NCBI GenBank assembly: GCA_023247725.1
Contig: JAHFFW010000002.1
Location: forward strand, 160-64,159
Origin: Candidatus Omnitrophota bacterium
Lineage (GTDB): Bacteria > Omnitrophota > Gorgyraeia > Zapsychrales > JAHFFX01
Direction: 5' to 3'
Length of the DNA: 64,000 bases
Each line of letters starts with the position of its first letter. Position 1 is the stretch's first letter. The translations under genes and the position numbers were made by a program. A model generated the notes under the pieces. That model was not told the DNA's origin, made no database searches, and saw nothing but the letters and a program-made list of their open reading frames with translations. Below are positions 9,428-21,028 of this stretch, in pieces.

Positions 9428-10042
9428 TCAATTTCTAGACGGAAAAAGCTCTTTAGTCACAATTATTTCTAATTTTCGGAAAGCAGACAGAAGCCGATCG
9501 TTGACAACCATATGATCGTAGTGTTTGGCTTCTCGCATTTCTTTCCGAGCTGTTTCTAGCCGGTGGCGAAGTTCCTTTGGGTCTTCTGTACCTCGTGATT
9601 TCAATCGCTCTTTAAGGATTTTTAGAGAAGGTACGCTTATAAAAATTTTCAAGGCCTCGGGAAATTTCCGTGAAATAACCTTGGCGCCTTTGACGTCAAT
9701 ACACAAAAGAACATTTTTACCTGAGCTTAACAATTTTTTTACAAAACCGATTGGCGTCCCGTAATAATGGACAAAGACTTTCTGCCATTCGAGGAAATAA
9801 CCTCGACGCCGGCGATCTTTGAATTGTCGAGGAGAAATGAATAGATAATCAACTCCATTTTTTTCCTGGGATCGAGGAGGTCGCGTGGTTGCGGAAATGG
9901 ATTTCACCAATGATCCTTTTAACAGGCGGCTTTGCAGAAGCATTTTATGCAGGGTGGTTTTGCCCGAACCGGAAGGCCCCGAAAGGATAATAATCCGACC
10001 TTTTTTCATAAAGTTGGGGCGTTCGGAAAAAATTTCATTCAA
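9428..10042 (-). CDS. gmk: guanylate kinase
   Basis: P-loop GPSGSGKTT plus guanylate kinase signature in a 204-aa ORF. Confidence 0.9.
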   Translation of the reverse strand: MNEIFSERPNFMKKGRIIILSGPSGSGKTTLHKMLLQSRLLKGSLVKSISATTRPPRSQEKNGVDYLFISPRQFKDRRRRGYFLEWQKVFVHYYGTPIGFVKKLLSSGKNVLLCIDVKGAKVISRKFPEALKIFISVPSLKILKERLKSRGTEDPKELRHRLETARKEMREAKHYDHMVVNDRLLSAFRKLEIIVTKELFPSRN

Positions 10043-10862
10043 TATTCTGAGATAATTCGCGGATTTTTTCTATTTTGCTTTTGAGAGCGATGACCGCGTT
10101 GGATACGATTTTATCTTGGAGTTTCGATCCAATGGTGTTTGTTTCCCGCTGCATTTCTTGAGCGATAAAATCAAGTTTTTTTCCGACGGCCAAATCGATT
10201 TTTAGCTGTTGCTTGAATTCATCAATGTAATGATTAAGGCGGGAAATTTCCTCATAGACGTCCGTGGATTTTTGGATAGAGGAAAATTCGTCAGGGTTCA
10301 AAACCTTTTTGCGTTCCGAAAGAATTTTTTTGGCCCTTACCTGAATTTCTCTAGTGAGACCCAACATGCGCTTCAATTGATTTATTAATTCAGTGGCCAG
10401 GCTTCGGCCTTCCCGAAAACGCATATTCACCACGCTTTTAATGGAGGCCGCCAGGCACCGTTCTGCTGAAGGCCAAAGTGCCAATGGATCCACATTGGCC
10501 TCCTTGGTCTCAATCACGCCGGGTAAACGAAAAAGATCTTCCAGCTCTAAGCCCTCTTTCAATTTGAATTCTCTTTTTAATATTTGGGCATACTTTAAGT
10601 ACATTCCGGCCACCTCTTTGTTCAATTCTAAGGCCACCGTCGGCTTATCAGTAATTTTGATTGAGACGGTGACCCGTCCGCGCTCAAGACGTTTTTGCAC
10701 CATTTGTCGGATTTTATCTTCAAAAGGCGAAAAGCCCGCCGGCAAATAACAGGTGAGATCCAAATATCGATGGTTCAGACTCTTGACTTCGACGACTCCT
10801 CGAATCTTATTCATTTGGAAAGGAGCAGTTCCAAACCCAGTCATGCCCTTAATCATGCCCAC
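10035..10862 (-). CDS. yicC: YicC family stress-induced protein
   Basis: 275-aa ORF starting MIKGMTGFG...; conserved YicC N- and C-terminal regions; classical gmk-yicC neighbourhood. Confidence 0.8.
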   Translation of the reverse strand: MGMIKGMTGFGTAPFQMNKIRGVVEVKSLNHRYLDLTCYLPAGFSPFEDKIRQMVQKRLERGRVTVSIKITDKPTVALELNKEVAGMYLKYAQILKREFKLKEGLELEDLFRLPGVIETKEANVDPLALWPSAERCLAASIKSVVNMRFREGRSLATELINQLKRMLGLTREIQVRAKKILSERKKVLNPDEFSSIQKSTDVYEEISRLNHYIDEFKQQLKIDLAVGKKLDFIAQEMQRETNTIGSKLQDKIVSNAVIALKSKIEKIRELSQNIE

Positions 10863-11356
10863 ACCTTTTCTTTTCTATTTTTCAGGAAATCTATTTTTGT
10901 TTTGTAAACTTTTACCAAAATATCGTCGGGTTTAAACCAAAGTTTAATCTCCCGTTCGGCCTCCTTTGCTGTTGCGGAGACATGAATCACATTCTCATAA
11001 ATTCCTTTTGTGGTGACTCGTCCACAGGAACCTCGGATGCTTTTGAAATCGGCCTCTTCCGGATTAGTCGCGCCAGCGATATCCCGACATTTTTGGTTGG
11101 CATTTCTTCCCCAATATACAAAGACAAAAACGCCCGCACAATGATGAATTTTACCAGAAAGATATGAGACAATTTCTTTAAAGAAAAATTTCTTTCTATG
11201 GGAAAAGTAATGCTCTTCGGCCAAAGGCCGAATTACTTTAACCAACTTGGCACCAACGAGTTCAAGACCTGATTCTTCCAGACGAGTGAGCACGTACCCG
11301 GCCAAGCGCTTAACCATAGCGTCGGGTTTAAGAATAACGAGTGCCGCTTCTTTCAT
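10853..11356 (-). CDS. ndk: nucleoside diphosphate kinase
   Basis: 167-aa ORF with NDK fold motifs (ALVILKPDAM..., ...IRGSCG..., NVIHVSA). Confidence 0.75.
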   Translation of the reverse strand: MKEAALVILKPDAMVKRLAGYVLTRLEESGLELVGAKLVKVIRPLAEEHYFSHRKKFFFKEIVSYLSGKIHHCAGVFVFVYWGRNANQKCRDIAGATNPEEADFKSIRGSCGRVTTKGIYENVIHVSATAKEAEREIKLWFKPDDILVKVYKTKIDFLKNRKEKVWA

Positions 11357-12216
11357 TTTTTGATAATCCCTAAAATCCTTTCCAAATCCCCTGTCGAATA
11401 ATACTCCACAATAATTTTGCCTCGCTTTTTGGCAGCGACAATTCTAACCTTTGTTCCCAAAAGTCGCTGCAATTCTTCTTCCATGAATTGCAAATGCTGA
11501 TCTTGCCCCGCTGACTTTGCTTTTTTCCGACGGGAAAATTTTTTAGTAACGGTTTTTAAAAGATTCTCCAACTCTCGCACTGAAAGATCTTTTTTTAAAA
11601 CTTCTTCAAATAAGCGTTTTTGTTCCTGAAGATCTTCAATTCCAACGAGGGCTCTGGCATGGCCCATACTCAGTTGCCCATCAAGAACACTTTGTTGGAT
11701 AACGGCCGGTAATTTTAATAAACGAATTAGATTTGCAATAGTTGTTCTATCTTTCCCAACTAATTGTGCCACAACATCTTGAGTAATATTAAATTCGCTC
11801 ATTAAGCGTTGGAAGGCCTGCGCTTCTTCAATTGCATTGAGCTCTTGTCTTTGAATGTTTTCCACTAATGCCAATACTAGGGCTTCTTGGTCATCGACAT
11901 TTTTAATAATAATAGGGACCTCTTCCAGGCCTAAAGCCTTTGCCGCGCGCAATCTTCTTTCCCCGGCGATGACTTCATATCCTTGATCTTTCTGGCGTAC
12001 AATGATTGGCTGTAAAACTCCTTTTTCTTTTATAGAAGAAATGAGTTCGGCCAGCTTCTCGTCGTCAAAATTCGAGCGCGGTTGAAAAATATTTTCTTTG
12101 ATGTCGGCAGTTTTAGCCCGACTCGATTCCGCATGGACAAATTCAGTTCTTTTTGGTATTAATGCCGAAAGACCTTTACCAAGCGCTCGATTTTCCATTT
12201 GGCCTCCTAAAGGCAC
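11353..12216 (-). CDS. parB: chromosome partitioning protein ParB (Spo0J)
   Basis: ParB N-terminal box (IIVRQKDQGYEVIAGERRLRAAKALG) and HTH; adjacent to parA. Confidence 0.85.
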   Translation of the reverse strand: MPLGGQMENRALGKGLSALIPKRTEFVHAESSRAKTADIKENIFQPRSNFDDEKLAELISSIKEKGVLQPIIVRQKDQGYEVIAGERRLRAAKALGLEEVPIIIKNVDDQEALVLALVENIQRQELNAIEEAQAFQRLMSEFNITQDVVAQLVGKDRTTIANLIRLLKLPAVIQQSVLDGQLSMGHARALVGIEDLQEQKRLFEEVLKKDLSVRELENLLKTVTKKFSRRKKAKSAGQDQHLQFMEEELQRLLGTKVRIVAAKKRGKIIVEYYSTGDLERILGIIKK

Positions 12217-12227
12217 TGATTCGAATA

Positions 12228-13040
12228 CTATCCTACAGCGGGTTTTACCTCATTGGATTCTAAAGATTTTAATTCCTGGGGGGCCTCTCCAATAAATTCT
12301 CGGGCAAATTCTTCATATTTCTTGGCACCGATAGAATTTTTGTCATAAAAACTAATTGGTTTGCCGAAACTAGGTGCTTCACTAAGTTTAATATTTCTTG
12401 GTATGATTGTTTGATAAACCTTCTGCTTAAAATACCCTTTTATCTCACTAATGACTTCGTTAGTAAGATTTGTCCGAAAATCGGCCATAGTTAGCAAAAC
12501 CCCCTCAATGGACAAATTTGCATTTAATCCATCTTTAACGAGATTAATCGTATTGAGCAATTGAGAGACCCCTTCCAATGCATAAAACTCACATTGAATA
12601 GGAATTAAAACAGAATCACTTGCTACAAAAGAATTTAAGGTGAGCAATCCTAATGATGGCGGGGAATCCACGAACACATAGTCGTATTGATTTTTAATTG
12701 GATTTAAAATTTTTTTCAGCTTTGTTTCTCTAGATAATGCACCAACTAATTCAATCTCAGCCCCAGTCAAATTTATGTTGCATGGCACAACATTAAGTCC
12801 ATCCGTAGAAGTTTTTAACACGACCTTTTCTATGTTTATATGGCCCAATAAAACATTGTAAACAGATTGTTCAATTGTATTTTTATTAATACCAACTCCA
12901 CTAGTTGCGTTCCCTTGAGGATCTATATCAACCAATAAAATTTTTTTTCCCATTAAAGCAAGGGCAGCAGATAAATTAATAGCAGTTGTTGTTTTACCTG
13001 TTCCCCCCTTTTGATTACAAATCGACACTATTTTTCCCAT
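12228..13040 (-). CDS. parA: chromosome partitioning ATPase ParA (Soj)
   Basis: Deviant Walker A KGGTGKTT; 270 aa. Confidence 0.85.
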   Translation of the reverse strand: MGKIVSICNQKGGTGKTTTAINLSAALALMGKKILLVDIDPQGNATSGVGINKNTIEQSVYNVLLGHINIEKVVLKTSTDGLNVVPCNINLTGAEIELVGALSRETKLKKILNPIKNQYDYVFVDSPPSLGLLTLNSFVASDSVLIPIQCEFYALEGVSQLLNTINLVKDGLNANLSIEGVLLTMADFRTNLTNEVISEIKGYFKQKVYQTIIPRNIKLSEAPSFGKPISFYDKNSIGAKKYEEFAREFIGEAPQELKSLESNEVKPAVG

Positions 13041-13081
13041 GGGACCATTTTCACGTGGAAATTATACAGTGAATTTTCTTA

Positions 13082-13309
13082 TTATTTTTTCTTTCTGTCC
13101 TTGTCCAAATCAATTGACTTTCCAAAAAGGGTAACCTTTATTTTGGCTGGCTTTTGCCCCTCCATACCAAATAAGCCCCTTTGTTCTTCCGAAACTACTT
13201 TAACAGAAATAGAATTTCTCGGCACTTTAAAAAATTCTAAGGCTTTCTTTATTGCCTCTTCCACTGTTCCACCTTCAAACTCAATAAATTTTTTATTATC
13301 CGCCATCAT
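13082..13309 (-). CDS. Jag-like KH-domain protein (short)
   Basis: 75-aa ORF; EEAIKKALEFFKVPRNSISVKVV resembles the Jag N-terminal/KH region; lies in the canonical position after yidC. Confidence 0.45.
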   Translation of the reverse strand: MMADNKKFIEFEGGTVEEAIKKALEFFKVPRNSISVKVVSEEQRGLFGMEGQKPAKIKVTLFGKSIDLDKDRKKK

Positions 13310-14889
13310 TGGACATTATAATTTATTTTCGACATTCGAATTTGAGTCAGAGTGGACAATAAATAAAAAGTTATCATATAAATGGAAAGCCCGCTGGAAA
13401 ATTTATAAAAAATAAAACCAAACATAAATGGCAAAATTGTCGTCATTATTTTTTGTTGAGAGGCTTGACTAGGATCAGTAATGACTGCGCTTTTTGCAGT
13501 TATTTTCTGCTGAAAGAACATCACTATTGCAACTATGATTGGTAGAATATTTAACTCATTGCCAATGATAGGCAAAGTGAATGGAAAAACTAGTAGTCGG
13601 TCAGGCTCTGATAAATCTTTAATCCAAAGAAAATGAGCTCCTTTAAAGTAAATAGATCTCCAAAGAACCTGGTAAAACGAAATAAAAATCGGCATTTGAA
13701 TTAAGAATGGTAGGCATCCACCTAAAGGATTAATTTGATGTTGTTTATACAATTCCATCATTTCCATATTCAATTTCTGCGGATTATTGCTGTATTGTTC
13801 CCTTAATTTTGAAATTTTTGGCTGAAGTGATTGCATTTTTTTCATCGACGACATAGCTCTGAATGTCAATGGGTACAAGGAAAGATAGATAATCATGCTT
13901 ATAATTATTATGCAGAGTCCCCAGCTTGGAATCACCTTGTGAAGAAAACCAATCATATTATAAATAAATAAGGCAATAGCATTAAATAACCCAATGCTGC
14001 TAAAGCTAACAATATTTTCGAATTCCTGATTATATTTTTTTAAAAAAGCGACATCTTGGGGGCCAATAAATACATTTGTAGAAAAGGAATAATGCCCATT
14101 TTGATTATATTTAATTGGCACATTTAATAAAGCAATATCTAAAATTTTTTCGCTCGCAGGATTAATGGAAAATTTCTGGACTTCAAATTCGGGTTTAAAA
14201 ATGGCGCAAAAATACCGATCACGAAAACCAATCCACTTAATTAAATTAATTATATCCTGCTTTTTTTCCTTTTGAGTAAAACTAAAGGCACTGCCTTTTC
14301 TGTAAATTCCAGATTCTGTTGAAAGCGAGTATTCAAGCAAAGATTTTTCATTTTGTGAATATTTATTGTCCAATTTGGAAGAATGAATAGAAAATATATT
14401 AATGTCCAAATTGGAGGTTAGTGCTTGCTTATGCTGAAAATCAATATTAACTTCCAATAAATTGCTATCCAAAAATTTGAAGGTTTTAATAATAACAATA
14501 TCTTCATCTTCATATCCATATTTAATAAAGCTTTCGGATTGTTCTAGAACATTAAAAATAGCATCCTTGAATTTTATCAAACTAAATGAATTCGTGAGCG
14601 GAAACAACAAATTGTAATCACGTATTTTGATTGTTTTTAAATAAGCCCCCTTATTAGAGATTTCTAACTCAACTTTTGCAGAGCGAATAAGATCCACTTT
14701 TTCGCTTAAATCGGTATTTTTTTCTGGCTCATTTTGGTGATTCAAATATGAGTACTCATTAAGTTCTTTATTTACAAAATTTTGTGAATAATTGAACGCT
14801 GGTTGGATTTTACTTTTAGGCAAGGCAAAATTGTAAACCACAAGAACAAGTAAAGAAAGGGTGAGTGCGAGCAGAGTTCTCTGTTCCAT
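13306..14889 (-). CDS. yidC: membrane protein insertase YidC
   Basis: 527-aa ORF with N-terminal TM, large periplasmic domain and the conserved C-terminal 5-TM core (…PLGGCLPFLIQMPIFISFY…); very AT-rich (about 30% GC). Confidence 0.85.
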   Translation of the reverse strand: MEQRTLLALTLSLLVLVVYNFALPKSKIQPAFNYSQNFVNKELNEYSYLNHQNEPEKNTDLSEKVDLIRSAKVELEISNKGAYLKTIKIRDYNLLFPLTNSFSLIKFKDAIFNVLEQSESFIKYGYEDEDIVIIKTFKFLDSNLLEVNIDFQHKQALTSNLDINIFSIHSSKLDNKYSQNEKSLLEYSLSTESGIYRKGSAFSFTQKEKKQDIINLIKWIGFRDRYFCAIFKPEFEVQKFSINPASEKILDIALLNVPIKYNQNGHYSFSTNVFIGPQDVAFLKKYNQEFENIVSFSSIGLFNAIALFIYNMIGFLHKVIPSWGLCIIIISMIIYLSLYPLTFRAMSSMKKMQSLQPKISKLREQYSNNPQKLNMEMMELYKQHQINPLGGCLPFLIQMPIFISFYQVLWRSIYFKGAHFLWIKDLSEPDRLLVFPFTLPIIGNELNILPIIVAIVMFFQQKITAKSAVITDPSQASQQKIMTTILPFMFGFIFYKFSSGLSIYMITFYLLSTLTQIRMSKINYNVQ

Positions 14890-14892
14890 AGA

Positions 14893-15099
14893 CTATTTAA
14901 CTGAATCAAATCCGCCTTTAAAAAATGGGCAGCAACGGATAACGCGTAACATCGTTAGCGATAATCCTTTAAAAGCACCATACTTATGTATGGCATCAAT
15001 GGCATATTGCGAACATGTGGGGTAAAAGCGGCAGTTAGGGAGGAAAATGAGGTGACTTATCTTTTGATAGATCTTTATTATATTAACCAAAAGGGCCAT
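14893..15099 (-). CDS. yidD: membrane protein insertion efficiency factor YidD
   Basis: 68 aa, conserved YPTCSQY motif. Confidence 0.8.
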   Translation of the reverse strand: MALLVNIIKIYQKISHLIFLPNCRFYPTCSQYAIDAIHKYGAFKGLSLTMLRVIRCCPFFKGGFDSVK

Positions 15100-15117
15100 A
15101 TTATGGCTAATCAGTCA

Positions 15118-15255
15118 TTAAATACTCAGTCGCTTACGGCCCTTGGCCCGGCGCCTTTTAAGTATTATTTGCCCATTTCGTGTTTTCATGCGAAGACGAA
15201 AACCGTGCTTGCGTTTTCCTTTCAAAAGCGTCAAGGTCTTAAGATGTTTTTTCAT
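15118..15255 (-). CDS. rpmH: 50S ribosomal protein L34
   Basis: 45-aa ORF missed by the ORF track (below its size cut-off): [45 protein letters not shown]. Only 18 nt separate it from yidD, so no rnpA lies between them. Confidence 0.8.
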   Translation of the reverse strand: MKKHLKTLTLLKGKRKHGFRLRMKTRNGQIILKRRRAKGRKRLSI

Positions 15256-15620
15256 AGTTGCAGAATTATAACATAAGAAGATGGGTAGTCAAGCCTTTTC
15301 AATTTTGTTACGTCCTAAAAATGCATCATGACAATAGGTTATAAGCTGAGGGCTTTCAAATCATAAAGGATTTCCTCTCCGACGGTAAATAAAATTTTCT
15401 AGCCATATTTTAAAAGTGTCAAAATTTCCCATAGGCCTTTAAATTGAAGTTGAAATAAAAATTTTCTTTGTTATAATACCACAACGATCTAAACAAATCA
15501 TCGTCGTTTATTGAATAAATTATTTAATGATGCAAGTAATCCACTGGTGTGGATAACTTGTGAATTCCCATCCCACAATCGATTGTTAAAAACTTTTAGA
15601 TTTTCGGTAAAAATGAATCC
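15256..15620. promoter_or_regulatory. putative oriC / dnaA promoter region
   Basis: 365-bp AT-rich intergenic region at the minus/plus strand switch; perfect DnaA box TTATCCACA (rc of tgtggataa at 15548-15556) 65 bp upstream of dnaA. Confidence 0.5.
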
Positions 15621-16952
15621 ATGACCCTCTCCTCTTTTTGGGAAAAAGCCCAGAATACCATTAGAGAAAAAGTTGGAGCAACGAGCTACGAAACTTGGTT
15701 TAGCACTCTCGGCATTAAAGAAGAGGCTCCCCATACTCTTGTTATTGAAACTCCGGATGAATTTTTTAAGAATTGGATTATTGAACATTATCTTGGAATT
15801 ATTCAAGACTCTCTTCGGTCCATTACCTCTGACTCCTTCAGCCTCCAGTTTGATGTCAATCCTCATATTCTTAAGCAAGGGACCCAGACTCGTTTAACCG
15901 AATTCGAAAAAAATTTTACTTCAGTTGATCGGCATTCGAATATTAATCCTCGTTTCAATTTTGAAAATTTTGTTATCGGTCCGTCCAACCGGTTTGCCCA
16001 CGCTGCCTGTATGGCGGTAGCAGAATCCCCGGCAAAAGCATATAATCCTCTTTTTATCTATGGTAGAGTTGGTCTGGGAAAAACGCATCTCATGCAAGCA
16101 ATCACCCACCGCTTGCAAATGAATAATCCCAATCTTAAACATTCCTATCTAACTTCGGAGCGCTTTACTAACGAATTGATTGATGCCATTCGGCATCGCT
16201 CAACGACCCAATTTCGCCAAAAGTACCGGTCAATTGATGTGCTTTTGATCGATGATATCCATTTTATCGCTGGAAAGGAATCAACCCAGGAAGAATTTTT
16301 TCATACATTTAATACCTTGCATGAAAATCGCAAACAGATCATCATCTCTTCGGATCGGCCGCCAAAAGAAATTTCTAATCTCGAAGAAAGATTGAGTTCT
16401 CGTTTTGCCTGGGGATTAATTACGGATATTCAGCCACCGGATTTTGAAACTCGCGTTGCCATTTTGAGAAAAAAAATTGAACGCGAACCAGTTCGCGTTC
16501 CGGATGATGTTATCTTTTTTATTGCTCAAGAGATTAAGAGTAATATCCGCGAATTAGAAGGAGCCTTGATCAGGGTTGTGGCGTATTCTCTCTTGGAAGA
16601 AAAACCGGTTTCATTGGATCTGGCTAAAATAATTCTGAAGGATATGGTCAAAGAAACCCTAAAATCTATCAGCATCGAGCATATTCAAAAAACGGTGGCC
16701 GAATTTTTTAATATTCAAACAAATGAATTAAAAAATACGCGGCGTAATAAAAATATTGTTTTACCTAGGCAAATCGCCATGTATCTGTCCCGACAATTAA
16801 CCAATTTGTCTTTACCAGAAATCGGCCAAGCGTTTGGTGGAAAAGACCACACGACTGTCTTGCATTCTTGCAAAAAAATTTACCGGGATTCAACCGCGAA
16901 TAAGGAATTAAAAAATACTCTCGAAAAGTTAACCACAACGATTAAACAGTAA
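15621..16952 (+). CDS. dnaA: chromosomal replication initiator DnaA
   Basis: 443 aa; AAA+ Walker A GRVGLGKTHLMQA, sensor motifs, C-terminal DNA-binding signature (VLPRQIAMYLSRQLT...). Confidence 0.95.
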   Translation: MTLSSFWEKAQNTIREKVGATSYETWFSTLGIKEEAPHTLVIETPDEFFKNWIIEHYLGIIQDSLRSITSDSFSLQFDVNPHILKQGTQTRLTEFEKNFTSVDRHSNINPRFNFENFVIGPSNRFAHAACMAVAESPAKAYNPLFIYGRVGLGKTHLMQAITHRLQMNNPNLKHSYLTSERFTNELIDAIRHRSTTQFRQKYRSIDVLLIDDIHFIAGKESTQEEFFHTFNTLHENRKQIIISSDRPPKEISNLEERLSSRFAWGLITDIQPPDFETRVAILRKKIEREPVRVPDDVIFFIAQEIKSNIRELEGALIRVVAYSLLEEKPVSLDLAKIILKDMVKETLKSISIEHIQKTVAEFFNIQTNELKNTRRNKNIVLPRQIAMYLSRQLTNLSLPEIGQAFGGKDHTTVLHSCKKIYRDSTANKELKNTLEKLTTTIKQ

Positions 16953-17108
16953 TTCATTGATTATTGGGTATTTATTCACAGTTTAAAATTCTATAAATTT
17001 TTAAACTACAATGGGTTGAGAACTTATAAATTTTATCAACAGCCCTTAATACTATGACTACGATTTTAAATTTAAAAATAGAAACCATTTTGGTGGAAAA
17101 CAAAAATT
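16953..17108. promoter_or_regulatory. AT-rich dnaA-dnaN spacer, possible DNA-unwinding element
   Basis: About 80% AT; contains a DnaA-box-like ttatcaaca. Confidence 0.3.
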
Positions 17109-18197
17109 ATGAAAATTAAAACAAATAAGGATGAGCTTTTACTGGGAATTCAAACAGTACAAAATGTTGTTTCTTCAAAATCCACATTGCCGATTTTATC
17201 CAATATGTTGATCGAAACAAAAAATGACAGCATAAAGCTTAATACGACTGATTTGGATATTGGAATTTCATGTGAACTTCCTGTGAATATTCAAGAACAA
17301 GGTGGAATAACAATACCAGCAAAAAGATTTAGCGATATCATTAAAGAATTGCCTTCCGGGGAAGTGGTTATCACGACTCGCAAAAATAATCAAGTCGACA
17401 TTGAAGGTGCGAACTGTCGATTTAAATTGCTTGGCCTTCCGAAGGATGAGTTTCCTAAATTTCCAGAATTTAAAGAAAAGGATTCAGTCCGACTTGAGCA
17501 AAGTGTATTAAAGGAAATGTTAAGAATGACTTCATTTGCCGTGTCCCATGAAGAATCACGATATGTCTTAAATGGAATTTTGTTGGAAATTTTTGATAAA
17601 ACATTTCGAATTGTAGCGACGGATGGAAGGCGATTGGCCAAAATCGAAAAAGAAATAATTAATACAGTCAAGGATGACGTGAAAGTGATTATTCCTTTGA
17701 AGGCTGTACAGGAATTGAATCGCAATCTAAAGGACACGGGAGAGGTTGCTTTTGTTCCTGGCCATAATCAAGTTTTGTTTGATATCGACGGGATTTTGAT
17801 TGCAACGAGGGTCATAGAGGGAGAATTCCCTAATTATAACCAGGTTATTCCCAAGGCCATTTCGCCTAAAATTGAAGTTTTCACTCAGGATTTGTTGGCG
17901 GCTATCCGCAGAGCGAATCTTTTATCGACCCCGGATTTTCAAGCCGTGAAATTTGAGGTTTTTGGTGACAAAATCATCGTTTCTAAAACTACCCCCGAGG
18001 TCGGTGAATCCCGGGAGGAGATTCCTGTTACTTACGGTGGCGCAGAATTCATTGTTGGATTCAATCCGCACTTTTTGATTGATGTGCTTAAAAACCTCAA
18101 CGAGGAAAAAATAGAATTAGAACTTTTAGGATCCGATAAGCCTGCCGTCATCCGCTTAGGCGATTACCTCTACCTGGCACTTCCCATGCGGATTTAA
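17109..18197 (+). CDS. dnaN: DNA polymerase III beta sliding clamp
   Basis: 362-aa ORF with three-domain clamp architecture and the conserved dnaA-dnaN position. Confidence 0.9.
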   Translation: MKIKTNKDELLLGIQTVQNVVSSKSTLPILSNMLIETKNDSIKLNTTDLDIGISCELPVNIQEQGGITIPAKRFSDIIKELPSGEVVITTRKNNQVDIEGANCRFKLLGLPKDEFPKFPEFKEKDSVRLEQSVLKEMLRMTSFAVSHEESRYVLNGILLEIFDKTFRIVATDGRRLAKIEKEIINTVKDDVKVIIPLKAVQELNRNLKDTGEVAFVPGHNQVLFDIDGILIATRVIEGEFPNYNQVIPKAISPKIEVFTQDLLAAIRRANLLSTPDFQAVKFEVFGDKIIVSKTTPEVGESREEIPVTYGGAEFIVGFNPHFLIDVLKNLNEEKIELELLGSDKPAVIRLGDYLYLALPMRI

Positions 18198-18236
18198 AGT
18201 TGCTTTTGCATTTTTTCCAGATACAATAATCCATTC

Positions 18237-20995
<2,759 letters not shown>

Positions 20996-21028
20996 GTTTA
21001 AAGGCGAGCGAAGAAAGGCCTGCAGTTT

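Noticed and set aside
15498-15878. 126-aa minus-strand ORF across the dnaA start and oriC
   Set aside because: Overlaps dnaA antisense and the origin region; an AT-rich random ORF
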